A DNA stretch of 64,000 bases from Raillietiella orientalis (taxonomy: Eukaryota), in contig JAYWIR010000001.1 of the NCBI GenBank assembly GCA_036172245.1, positions 11,408,001 to 11,472,000 on the forward strand. The letters are read 5' to 3'. Each line of letters begins with the position of its first letter. The stretch's first letter is position 1. A program made the translations under genes and the position numbers. The notes under the pieces are model-generated. The model ran no database searches. It worked only from the letters and a program-made list of their open reading frames with translations, and had not been told where the DNA came from. Of this stretch, positions 47,151 through 59,420 are shown piece by piece.

Positions 47151-50100
47151 TTTTATTTTCAAGATCGTTCGGGATTTTGTACCAGACTTGGAATGGTCGG
47201 GTTGCTCGCACGCGGCCAGGTGACCGCGGTGGTGGGAGTGGCTGCAAGGGAACTCTCAGAGAGCAGCAGAAGTTTCCCTTGGCTGGACTATCTGGGAGGT
47301 CTTCGCGCCGCCCTCACACAACAGGTGGGGTCACTGCGCTTTCTGGCGCGATTTCCAGATGGGCGTCCTTCATAGTACTTGTCGAGAGTGACCTCTCAAA
47401 GTCGCTGAACCTCTCGTGCGTAGGAGGCTTGCCAGTTTCTGCCACTTCGGCATGGTTTTCGGAAGTCACCCTGCCCCCTGTTTCACCTCCCTCGCCGTGA
47501 CCTTTTCCGGAGCAGACCCCGATGGGCAACCTGCTGGCCGGAGAGGGCGTGCCTGCTGGGCGGGAACCTACGGGACGCATCGGGAACCACGGTGGGCGGA
47601 TGGGTGGCTCCTTCTCTCCTGCTTGGCTGGCTGCTTGCGGCGGGCGGACCGATGTCGCCAGCCGCAGGCCCAAAGGGTGAAATCGCACCCCCCGCAAGAG
47701 CCAGCGGGAAGCCGCGGCCCGCAAGGAAACTGTGCGGGCCTTACGAGGCCGATCGCCAATCTCGGTCGGGTGCGCGCTAGGGTGCGGCCATGGAGGAGCC
47801 GGGATACGTTGCTGCCGATCCCGACTGTGTTCCTCGGGAGTCGGCGGGAGGACCCTTCCGTGCAATTCCATCTTCCACCGGGGATGGTAGGAGCGCACCT
47901 TCATCGGTCTTTGGCAGCAGCCGAGGAAGACGCGGCCAGCGGCTTCTCCCCTCCCGTTTTGTCTCGGCGACCGGCCGCAAAGGAGAGCGAGCTTTCTCCT
48001 TTCCGTTTCCATGCGTCCGGCCTGCACCTGAGCATCGACAACGTTGCCTCGCAATCTATCCCATGAGTCCAGTTCTCGGCCATCATCCTGGACCAGAGCT
48101 GAGAGACCATCTTCTTCAGCACAAAGATGCCGAAAAGAAAGGGAAGGAAATGCGCCTCCCAGCTGCTCCGGGGTCGGCCGGTCAGGCTCCCGAATCACCT
48201 CCAGGGCCTCCTCGGCCGGCGGCGGTGCCGCGACGCATCCGGGCCATCGCCACACGCGGGAGTGCCGGCGGCGTGAGAGGGCACCGTTTTGCTCTCCTCG
48301 TCCCATCTACGACGCAGAAGGTGGCGGTCAAAGGTGGTCCCCTCTGCATCCCAAAATCATGGAGGACGGTACCGCCCTGGATTTCGGAAAGCCTGCGGCA
48401 AGGGCGTGGTGCAGAACCCCCCCTGTCGATCCTCCCTGCCCTTCCCGTTTCCCGGAGTCGAAGGGCGTTCGCTCTCACCGTCTCAACGTCCCGCTGTCCC
48501 CCGCGGTCGTTCCGTGCCGGCGCGTTCCCCTTGGAGACCACAGACCCTCCATGTCGGCGAGGGTCCCCGAGTCGTGCCTCCGAGGCATGTGACCACTCAG
48601 TCGGAACGGACGGTCCCAGAGTGACCTTCCCATCCCTGATGGTCGGGCCGTTTGTTTCGGATCAGTCAGAGACGGATGCGCGCCGACCCGGAGTCCAAGA
48701 GACTTCCCCAGCAGGGGACAGCACCAGGGAGGGAGCCAACAAATGAATCGATAAATGGGGAGCCAAGTGAAATGGCCTCGAGGCATCCCGCTTGATTCTC
48801 GAGGGCCCTTGTCGGCGGAAAGGGTGCTCACCCCGTTCCAGACCAGCCTGCCTGCTCACCCCACTTCCCAGAATGGGCCGTTTCTCCCCCCTTCCCTTTG
48901 CATGAAGGTACGCTGACGCTTGCAAGTGGCTCTACAGGATGTCTGCCGTGCCCTTTCGCCATCTTGGGCAAGCGCCCTGCTGCCCGCACATGGAGGAGAG
49001 TGGTCAGGGACGAGGTGGCCGACAAGCCCTGCGACGTGACCATCCCTATGAGGGGGTCTTCCAGGGAGGCAGCGCGGAACCGAAGCGTCCCCGTTGAGGT
49101 GCGCTCCCATCCCTGACCCCAACCCGGCCTCCCGCGCTCCGACACTACAAGAGGGAGAATCCGCACTGTCCTCCAGGTGGAGGAGGAGAGGGATATCCCT
49201 TGGTCACTCTCCGCGCTGAGGCTGGTGCTAGCGCTCCTCGTTTCGGGGGGGGGGGGGCGCCCAGAGCGCCAGACAAACCGCCGAAGAAGGAGAGCGGAGG
49301 CTTTCACCAGGAAGTCTTCCCGGAGAGTCTCCAGGGATTCTGTCTACCACCTGGGACCCTGAGCTGGCACTTTCGGAGCCTCCTCCTTCGGCCGGAGAGT
49401 GGCAGTCCACTAACCAATGGGCTTGGTGACCCACGGCAGGGATGGCCTTTTCCTCCCGGTCCCAACGAGGCGAAGCGATGGCTGCACGACCTAGGAGGCA
49501 GGCTGATATCCCTGCCAGACTGAGGGGAGAGGAGTCTCTCCAACGGCCGCTGGCGCTGCTGTTCGGGAAGACTGGACTTTCCACCTGAGTCCTCGTTTCC
49601 AGAGATTCCTGCCTCCAGGCGTCTCTATCCAGCTAACCACCCGGACCTCGACCTCGCCTGTGGCCGCTCGAGAAGACGGATGCCTCGAGCCTTTCCGAAT
49701 TTTCCAGGAGGGCGCGCGCGCGCAGTGGGAGTCCCCGGCGCCACCGCGTTCCGAAGGGCGGGCGGATCTCCGGAGTGCCGGATGTTTGCCCGCGCAACTT
49801 CTTCCCCTCCGGTGCTCCTGCCGCTCCCCGGGGATGTTTCGATCCCCCTTCCCCTCCCGGGTTCAGCTCCGCCCGTTTGGTGCATTCCGGAACTGCCGCC
49901 ACTAGCGAGCGTCCCTCGCGGCAGACGGGCGCTTCGAACGCACCCCCGCCCTCGGAACCTTCCGGCGCCGCTGCGCCCGCGAGGACGAGCGATGTCGTCA
50001 CATCTGGCTTCCTGTCCACCCTCCGGGGAGGCTCGAGCTGGAAGCTACCAGTGCCCCCCCGGCGTTTCGACGCCGCCGTCCCTCGCGAGCCTTCGCGCCA

Positions 50101-51200
50101 TCCTCGTCCGGCTGCGTCCTTGGCGACTCCTCCCGCCCGCCGCTCGCGGCCGGTCTGCAGGGGTGCTGGTGAGAGATGCCCGCGCTCCGGCAGGTCCCCC
50201 GAGCTCCGGAGAGTCCACGGAGATGCAACCTCATTGAGCAGAAAAAACGACCCAGATCCCCAGAGGTATCCCAAAACGCAGGAACGCGTCCCTCACCTGA
50301 TCCGGATGTTCCTTTTTTTTTTTTGGTCCGTCAAGTGCCGAAGAATTGTCCGCCACCTTCCGGGGAGCTCATGAAGCTCTTCGACACTGTCCACGCCACC
50401 AGAGAGCGCGTGTTAATTCTTCGAGTTATAGGGGATACTCAGGGAGGGAACCACCCTATGAATCTGGGAAGGAGAAACCTCGCTATGGTTGCCTTCTAAG
50501 GGAGCCACCTCTTCCCTATTCTCTCTGGAGAGGGGCGCTCCTCATTCCTTCTCCGTCCGTTTCCTCCGTTCCCCGAAAAGATCCGTTCCCTGTTTCCTCC
50601 TCCGAAGAGAACTCCCTGAAGAGCGCTTCCCGAAGGGAGCGCCGGAATTCATGCACTCCGAAGAGACCCACACCCCAGGGAGGCATCGACCAACCCACTG
50701 TCACCACCGGAGGAAGACCCCGAAGGGAAGCGGCGTTCCCTCACTGGTCCCTGGAAGGACTCCGGAGGGTCCACCTACAATCCCAGCCTGTCGACGGGGC
50801 ATCCTGAAGCCCTCAGTTGCTAACCACCGTCATCTCGCGGGCAGGATTCGAACCCATGACGGTCGGGGCCGAGCGCGGAGGCCGCAGCCGCGCACCCGGA
50901 AACGCGGGCGACGTTTTCGCCCTCTCAGACGGGTCTCGCAAGGGGAGCCCAGCTCTCGGGAGCAGGCGGCGACGGTAGTGAGCCGCGGAGGCTGCCGGAG
51001 GTCTGCTGCGGTTGTTCAGGAGCATCCGCTCGGCGGCTTCGAAGATTCCCAGGTGCTGACAGGCGCACAAGGATGGGAAAGGGAAGGAGGTTGCCATGGC
51101 GTCCAACTTCCGTCACAAGGGTTGAGAGGAGGGGAGGAGGAATGAAACGAACCACTTGGTTTGCACGCCTTTGATAGAGTCCGAGATTTGATAGTCAACT
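47150..51200 (-). mobile_element. Decayed LINE ORF2 (linker-RT-C-terminus), same family, minus strand
   Basis: Minus-strand order: linker module (50960-50300), PG.D.IPGD (~49345, SPGxDG-like), G.RQ/HPVEPL (~48940), LSADK (~48815, eroded YADD), IWKSRQ (~47350). Confidence 0.62.
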
Positions 51201-51499
51201 GCTCTGACCCTGAAGGCGGTTCCTTTAAGTCCTCCCCCTGCCCCTGCCCCCCTTCTTTTCAACCAGATGCAACAAGGCACACAGTAGTCCATCCGACCAC
51301 TGGCAGCTGACCCAAGAAAATTCTCCTTCCGCTAACGGAATTCCACCCTCAGCAGATGGTTCCATTAGTGACGCTGGAAGCTGCATCTTCGACGCCCGCC
51401 TATCCTCACGCAGCGGAGACACTTGCTGGACCCTCCCTGTCAGGTCCTGGTGAGAACAAAACCCCCCTAGGCGAAGAAGTGGAGCCCATGAAATTGCTC

Positions 51500-53080
51500 C
51501 TATTCTAAAGCTCTTTAACGCTGTCCACGCCACCACCACGCTTGACCCTTCGAGTTATGAGGATACCTCGGGAGAGGACCATTCAGTGAATCCAGGGAGG
51601 TCCAGGAAAACGAGTCCACTCCTCTCGAGCTTGATAGAGGAAACGCTGGCACTGGTTATCTCCTGAAGGAACCCCGAAGGGACGCTCTCCGAAGGGAGCG
51701 GAGCTCTTCTTGACACTCTGGAGAGGCAACCGCCTCCCGAGTGGGGTATCAACCAGCTCCATGGTTACGGTTCCTTCTTCACCACAGGAGGGGAACGCCA
51801 GAAGAGTTCCTTGATGGTCCTGGAAGGACCCCGGAGGGTCGACTTCCGATCCTGGCCGGTCAACGGGCGCACCCGGGGGTTTCCGGCTTCCTGCCAGCGC
51901 CGCCGCATACGAAGCCCGTGGGCCAACCAGAATCACCCTGCGGGAGGTGGACGGAGGGGGGACTCGAAACCCACGACGTCCCCCATTTCTTGGCATCGAC
52001 CCTTCCCCGGGCGGGAGATTCGAACGCGCGACTGCGGGCACCTCTAGCGAAGAGGGCCGCCACTTGGCCTCCAGAGTCGGGAGCCATCTGTCAGTCAAGG
52101 ACGCAGCTGTCCCTCTACGATGGTGTTAGAAACATCACGGATCGTGCCGGAAGTAGCTCGGACACTCCAAGAGGGAGTGATTGATCCACCCAGTGTATTC
52201 ACTTTACATGATGGATGCTGCTTCCGACGGAACGAGATGGAACGTTGACATGGTTACGTGCGAATCCGCGCTGGATGTTGCGAAGCGGCAAAAATCGGTC
52301 GTCAGCTCCATCCCGCGTTTCGCCTGCGAAACGCGGAAGTCCTGCGCGTCCCCTCCCCCCGCGCGGCGATCTCCTCGGCCCGGGGGCCCGTCGGGATCCC
52401 GGAGGACCCGGCAGACCGCCCGCGCGCTTCTTCCTCCCGGCGGGGAGAGAGAGGGGGGGGGGGGGGGCAGACGCTCCGTGCCGAGGGAGCGCGGGCCGCC
52501 GCGTTCTACTGTGCATGAATTTCCCGCTGTGGGCGCTCGGATGCAGCATCCCAGGCGGACGTGCCCGAGTGTTCCCGAGTGAGAGGGGCGCAGTCCGCAC
52601 GAACCCAGACGGTTTTCAAGGCGGCGCTGACGTCACACCTTCCGCCGGGGAAGGAGGAGATCGAACGGGGGGGGGGGGGGGAGGGGGACGCATTGTTAGG
52701 GGAATGACGTCTTTCGCCCGGATGGCGCCTCGGCAGATGTGAGGATAAAAAAATTGCATTTTTTTTTCTGTGGTAGAAGTCTCGGTCCTTCCACGTCCTA
52801 AAAATAAAAATAAAAATGAATAAATGATAAAATAAATAAAAATAAAAAAAAAGCCCGGGAACCTGTGGAGGTCCGCTTCGGCAGCCGGGGGTGGGGAGGG
52901 AGAGGATAAATCCAAACAAAAGGAAAAAAAGGCAAACAAACAAGCAAAAGGATGAGCGAGTTTTTTTTTTTTTTTTTTATTCGAGGGGAGGAAGAGGGGA
53001 GGGGAGGAGGGAAGATTGGGAAAGGGATCACTGTCCTCAGCATCCGGTCCAGGATGTCTTGCACCCGGTCACGCCGGGAC
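51500..53080 (-). mobile_element. LINE fragments: linker module (51500-52050) and ORF2 C-terminus/3' end (52740-53080)
   Basis: 51800-52040 is homologous to the reverse complement of 39730-39920; VQDILDRM..gtgatccc followed by a T-rich tract and gctgccgaag on the minus strand. Confidence 0.65.
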
Positions 53081-53239
53081 TCTCATTTAAAGAACAAACA
53101 GACAAGCCAGAGGAAAAAAACAGGGAGAGGAAGTTCACTGGAAACTGCACGGAGGGCGGCTTCCAAGGGAGTCGGGGGCGGGAAGGAGGGGACAGTTGAT
53201 AGAGTGGAAATGGGGGGTGGGCAAGGAAAAAAGGCGTGT

Positions 53240-54070
53240 TTGGTTTTCAGCCGCTTTTTCTTTCCTACCAGCTGGTGCTGAACGCTGGCGATCTCCTTGG
53301 AGACTTCTCCTTCTTCTGGCGGGTGAGGCGCCACCTCGAGGCCGTCCTCATCAAGGAGGCTGCCATGTCGGTGTGCTCTCCTTTAGCTGTGCCCCCACAA
53401 CTCGTCACGGAGCGGGCCGCGACCACGGCCGTGGTTGCAGCATCCCGTCACGATCTACTGCCAAGGTACATCGTGTACCACGGAGATGACTGACACCCAC
53501 CCTCGGTGGTGGGTCTCTTCGGAATGCAAGGAGAGCCCTTCGGAGAAATTGGGAAGCGTCCCTTCGGGGTTCCCTTCCGAGGGGGAGGAAACAAGGCGCG
53601 GGTCCCTTCCAGGGGGTCCCTCCGAAGAGATGGAGAGCGACTCCCTCCGAGGGACCCCACCGAAGAGAACAAGAGGTTCCCTTTGGAATTCGCACCCAAG
53701 AGTAAGGGAGAGACGGACTCCTTCCCGCGGAGCCTTCCCCGATTCATGGGGTATCTCTTGAATAGAGGAGTTTATGCGCACCCTCTGGCGGCTTCGACGG
53801 CGTTCAAAGAGCTTCTCGAGTTTCCCGCAAGGAGGCGGACGATTCCTCAGCACGTGGAGGACCTACGAAAGAGGGAGGGAGAGCTGAGAGGGAAGCAATG
53901 GAAGCAGAAGAACGCGGAAGGATTCTCACCATCCGCAACATGCCACTGCAGGAAGAAGGAAGAGCTGCTTCTTCCGCTCCGTGGGACAGAGGACGAGGAG
54001 GTCGGGCGGGAGGACGAGGAGAGCGCCGTGAAACGGCTCGAGCCGGAGAGTAGAGGCGGAGCCACAGCTT
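53240..54070 (+). mobile_element. LINE fragment: partial APE plus linker module
   Basis: GG..VGVL, RDHGR and VTIYC APE-like motifs (53355-53465), then CCCTTC/GAAGGG-rich linker and the AHPL...FKEL block (53775-53815). Confidence 0.5.
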
Positions 54071-54179
54071 GATCCTGGCAACTTCGTCCGCTGGCCGGCT
54101 GCCCTCTCCACCAGCTCGACGATGGAATCCTTTTCTGTCTTCGCTGTTATTCCTTTCAGCTTTTTTTTTTTGGGAGGGG

Positions 54180-55330
54180 GGAGGGGGGGGTTCGCTGATT
54201 ACTTCAAGAACCAGCGGCCCACGCAGCTCTTTGAGACTGTTCCCCACCCCACCCGAGAGTACGTGTTAATTCTGCAAGATGTCGGGAGGGGACCACCTCT
54301 CACGCCTGAGGAGGGATCCCCGAAGGGAATCTCCCAGCCCTGGTTGTCTCCGAAGGGAACCCGGAAGAGAATCCTCCTTTTTTACTCTCTCCGGGAGCCC
54401 CGAAGGGGTCTGCACCATGTTTTCTTCTCCGAAGGGAACCCGCAAGGGTGCCGCTCCTGTTTACTCCTCTGAAGGGGGCCCCGAAGGGACGCTTCCGAAA
54501 TTCTAAAGGGCGCTCCCCAAAGAAAGCGGCACGCTTCTCTGGAACTCTAGAGAGACGGCGGCGACACACCTACTCCACCTACTCCGCTCCTTTGCACAAC
54601 CGGAGGGGAACTCCCATCCTTGGATTCCTGGAAGGACCCGGAGGTCGACTCCCATTGTTTGGGACCTCGTCGGGGGCATACAGTTTGAACCACTACCGGG
54701 CGCCGCCCCCGGAAGTAGGCCGAACAGCGTTAACTCGCGGTCCCCGACTCGCACCCACGACGCGCACAAACTCTTTGCGGCGATTCTTGCCGAGTATTCG
54801 GAACCGCAATGCCAGGTGCCATACGCGGAGACCGTAACCACATGGCCACCAACGCGGGCCACCTGCTGCTCTCTCGCGCGCGTGGGAAGGGGGGAAGGAA
54901 GGGGGGGGAGAGAGAGAGAAGAGTTCTGTGCGAGACGCGTGCTCACTCAGCTCCGGGACTCGGGGGGGGGGGGGGTCCCGAGCTGCAGCAGGTGCAGAGG
55001 GAAGCGAAACGTCCTCGCACCTGCTTGCAGACTGGGTTGCCTCCACCAACCCGCCCGCGCGGACCCTTTCTGGAACGCGGCTCTACGGATCCCGGTGGCG
55101 ACGACTTCGGGGACGTGTCGAAACAGCTCTTCGCGTGAAATGCACTGCCCCCCCTCCCAGCCGCGTTCTTATCTGCCCGCGCGGGGCAGTGGGACATCCT
55201 GGGGAGCCTCGGGAAGAGGGCAGAATGACATGGACGCCACTCCCTGGACAAAACTCTTCTTGAGGCACGAGGCTTCGCTACGAGATAGCCCAGCCCGGAG
55301 GGCAGTCGGATGGAACTCACCAGCATTCCC
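54180..55330 (-). mobile_element. LINE fragment: partial APE plus linker module
   Basis: Minus-strand LVPQEE and GGGAVHF (APE-like); 54225-54290 aligns with 50375-50455; ggaaggacccggaggtcgac (54630) matches 50753 and 51822. Confidence 0.55.
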
Positions 55331-55389
55331 GAAAGCTTTCAGGGACTTTCAGTGGAGCTTTCAGTTCTTTCAGGGACGCAGAGGGCGTC

Positions 55390-58300
55390 CCGTACCTGAA
55401 TGCGATCCTTAAACAGGTTCTGCGTATTTATTTATGTATTTTTCAAGATCCCTATTACATTTTCATTTCTTTTTGCTTATCCTCTCGCCCCCACCCTCCC
55501 CCTCTCGCCGAAAGGAATGTCTCTGGTCTCGACTTTTTAGTCAGCGCCTTGTAGCAACCTGATGACGCACCGGACTTCCGCAAGGCTTCGCGCAAACGTG
55601 GCAACCCTGTCGGGTTGGCGGTCGCGCACATCGCCTGCCGCCTCTGTTTTTTTTTTTTTTTCTCGCCCACTTGCTTTATTCGGAACTTCCTGATTGCTTG
55701 TTCTTTTCCGAGTGTGCCGCCACCTGCCTTTTCTTATCCGAACCTCACAGTTCTTGTTCCGCCTCTGGTTTCGTGGTGGCCCCACTCCACTCCCTCCCTA
55801 CGAGGCGAAGCTCCGGGCTCGACATCTGCTGAGGAACGCCCTCCGGAGACCAGCGAGGTCCGGAATTCGCCTCAGAGACTTGGCGGCTGCGCGTTGGGCT
55901 GCCGGCCGATGCGTAGCGATCCCTCGTTACGAAGGACCGCTTTCGTTGCCGCCGAGCACCTGACATAGGATGCGGGGATTTATCCTCCCTGCTGTAGGTC
56001 CAGCTGTGGATCTCCTGCCGCCCAACGAACTTCGACGCCTGGCGGCGGGAAGCCGCCGAGTTCTGGGCTGCATTCCATGGAACGCGCTGCCAAGTTCCCT
56101 CCACCCCTCGCGACACTTCCTGCCGCGACCCCTCCAAGTGGAGGCGTAGGGCTCGGTAAAGTGGTGGCCGACATCCTCGCCGCATCGCTGTCTGCCCTCA
56201 AGGCAAGAGAAGGGCAGCTTCGAGCCGGCAGGGTCAGGGGTTTTCGCCCTGCGCCATCGCAGGGAGGATGGAACGCTGAAAGGCGGCTGGAAGACGCGCG
56301 GGTTGGCGGATCTGCCGCTCTGCGTGCTCTGGCGACGGGACTACTCCGGAGGAGTGACTTCCGGGTGTTGCTTCCGAGGAACTTGTGTTCCTTGCCCGAT
56401 GCCCGGAAGTTCCCGCTCTTCTGGGAACGGGACGTGTTGCTCTTCTTGTACTGCGGATTCCAGCGCGATGAGCGCCGGCAGCGTCGTTGCTTGAGGAGGG
56501 AGGGGGCTGCATTCCCGAACTGGTTGCTACGGGTCCGGTCTGCGCAAAGTCGATTTCGCAGCGGCGACCTCCGGGAAGTGCGGAGGAGGCTGGTGTCGGC
56601 GCTCCTGCACCAGGAGGACGCCGCCCCTGCGACCTGGTGCGGCGGTTCTTCGCGCCGGGAGGACTCTCGACGACAGGCGCGGCGACCGCAACGGTGGGTT
56701 GCCATCGTCACGGTCTGCCATCTGCCGGCGGGGACGACGCAGCGATGGGGAGGCCTCCGGGATGGCGGTGCCCACACGAAGGTGGCTGCCAGGTGGCCTC
56801 ACCTGGAAGGAGAAGCGGAAGAGGAGATCGCCGGCATCCCGCGCCGCCGGTCCCAATCTCGGTGACCCTTGACCCCAGCTTTCCTTTTCATATTTTTTTT
56901 TTTTTGCTTTTTCCCTTCTCGTTCCCCACTCCTTTTCGCTCCGTACTTTTCCCGGCTTCGGTGCTATGGTCCTAGTGTGTACGGAGCGAACCCAAGCACC
57001 CCTGCCTCTACCTCCCGGATTCCGTCATTTCTTTAGCATGCGTTGCCTTCCTCCCCTCTTCCGTTCCACACTTTTCGACATCCCGGCCTGCATGTCGGCG
57101 GACGCTCACCTGAACTTTCTCTTTTGCCTTCGCTGGGAACCGGCGCGCGCTCCAGACTGGTTCACTTTTTAGGAAACGAACGTTCTCGGGCGTGACCAGG
57201 TGGAAAGCTTTCGATTTCGTTGCCTGCGAGGACTCCATCTGCGAGGGGAGCCAACGGCGCGGTCGGCAGGAGCGATTCCACTGCTCCGCACCTTCTGCAG
57301 TTCCGGGACGCAACTTCCCCGGAAACGAGGTTCGCGCGCTGGTTGCAATGGAAATCCCCATGAGACCGCAGCAGCACGTCCTGCTACCAACGAAAGAGGG
57401 AATACAGAGGTGTTCAAGCAAGAGGGAGGGACCGCAGGTTCTTCGAGGGGCACGCTCAACAGTTAGCTCCACCGAAGGAGTAGGCACAGTTACGAGGAGT
57501 GGCGGCGTCTGCCAGCTCGCTCGTCTTCCCGCCGCCACCCAGGACTGTGGTTTCTCCAGCAAGCGAGCAGGAGACCTTCCAGCCCTCTGGTAGGTAACTG
57601 TCATTGCTTGTCTTTGGGGAAGACAGAGCTGCGGCAAGGGACGTGGCGGCCAGGCGAGTCCACTGGTCCTGGTCCTACAACGCATCTTCCAAAGGACGGC
57701 TCAGAGGAAGTCGCAGGTCCCCAAGTGCCACGTGTCTGATGTGTAGCCCAGGACGATGACGCCTCCTGCCGCCACGAGTTAAGGTTCTCTAGGCAGAGGA
57801 GATCCACGGATGAGCTTCCGGGAGCAGAGCCACTTGCCGGGAATGCGGGAGCAACGAAAGCAGTCCTTCGCTGCCGGTGCAGCCCCAAAGCAGGAGGCGT
57901 GTGGGAGCACAACACGGAATCGTCCGTGGCTTGGCATAGAGCATTCGGTACTGCATATATATATATATATATATATTAATGTACATTGCTGTTGAAGGCT
58001 GAAGATTTTCATCTAACAATTTGTGTATTTATGTACACACACAGATATAGATGTAGAGAAGATATATAGAGAAATATAAATATAAATAAATATATATATT
58101 TGTGTGTGTGTACATACATACATCTAACCGTATCCAAAGACACGTTGTATATTGCTCATGTAGTGAGTCCGCACGTACAGTGCTGTGCCTCATGGACTGC
58201 ACAGTTCTCACATGGCGAGTGGCGGAGACGAAACAAAACGAAAACGCATATGAATACACGCATGTAGTGTTCACGTAGGTGGCATGTGAATGGAATGCGC

Positions 58301-59420
58301 TATCGGGACGAATAGTCAGGAGTGCAGCAGCGCCCGAACGAGTCCGACACGGCGTTTACGCAAGTGTTGACCTTCCTTCGACCGCGTTGATGCTCTGAGG
58401 CACGAATGAGCTTCTCGATGAATAGAGCGAACCCTTGCGTGCATGCCAGCAGACACGCCACCCGTACGTTTTGGATTCTTCAAGGTGCTCTGAAGAGCAC
58501 GAGACCTTTACCACGTTGAGGAAGCACTCTATTCGACGAACACGCTACCTTGGGTTTGTAGAGGGAATCTCATTAGCTGATCCGTTCTAGCATGCCATCG
58601 TGGCAGCTCCGACGGCACAGGTGACTTGAATGCCACCGCCCGCTGCTTTCACAGTGGCCTCCAGACCGGAGAGCGTTAAGAGCGTTCGGACGCCTTACAC
58701 TCACTCTTCGCGACCGGCAGCCTGCAGGCGAACTAGAGAGGCCTGGTTGCCTGGAAGCACCACCAATCCCGGTGGTGCTTCCAGGCGTGCCTCAGGCACT
58801 CGCGAGAGTGCCTGAGGCTTCCCATGCTATCCTTCTTGTCTTCAGAAAGAAGAAAGATCATTTGCTTCTCTGCTTGCTTTCCCGCCCTATCCCTCATGAT
58901 CTTCCCTTGGAATTTGTACCTTTGGGAAGTTGCTGCTTTTTGTAGAGCTGATTCATTCGAGCTCAGTCCCCTGCTTGCGTGGTTACCTATCTCCGGTCTG
59001 GAGGGGTTTCCAAGTGGTTGCCTCTCCAAGATGTCAGAAGCGCGCTGCTCCCTTCGAGGTTCTATTCAGAAGAAAGGAGGAGAGGTTCCCTTGCGAATTC
59101 CCTCCAGAGAAAAAAATTCGGAGCGGATGCTTTCCGGGTTTCCTTCGAAGAATAAATAAGGAACGACCTCCTCCAGACTGTCCCTTCGGAAAGAATAAGG
59201 AAGAGATTCCCTTCAGAGACAACCTGGGCGAGGGTTCCTTCTTCCAAGCGTAAGACGGAAGGATTCCTTCCTACAGAGGCTTCCTGGATTCATAGAATGG
59301 TTCCTCCGGGATGGCGCCCTAAATTCAAGAGTTATACGTCTGCTCGGGAGCCGTGGGCACTGTTGAAGAGCTTTGTGAGCTCCTCTGAGGAGGTTCTTGA
59401 GTACTTAGCAAACCAAACCT
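55390..59420 (+). mobile_element. Cluster of + strand LINE ORF2 relics
   Basis: 3'-end-like segment at 55390-55535; GGVGLG (GGLGL-like, ~56140) with terminus EEIAGIPRR...* and a T-rich tail (56865-56940); WKAFDFV (57201-57221); RYLGF (~58543); linker module at 59040-59420. Confidence 0.6.

Noticed and set aside
47314-48746. 330-aa and 318-aa ORFs on opposite strands
   Set aside because: Arg/Pro/Gly-rich shadow ORFs over a decayed minus-strand RT region; no coherent domain.
50840-50900. Functional tRNA gene on the minus strand
   Set aside because: Only the T-arm/B-box is recognisable; no acceptor stem, D arm or anticodon arm, and it is embedded in a LINE relic.
55559-55598. Hammerhead ribozyme (CTGATGA + short stem)
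   Set aside because: The required GAAA is CAAA, and no convincing stems I/III were found.
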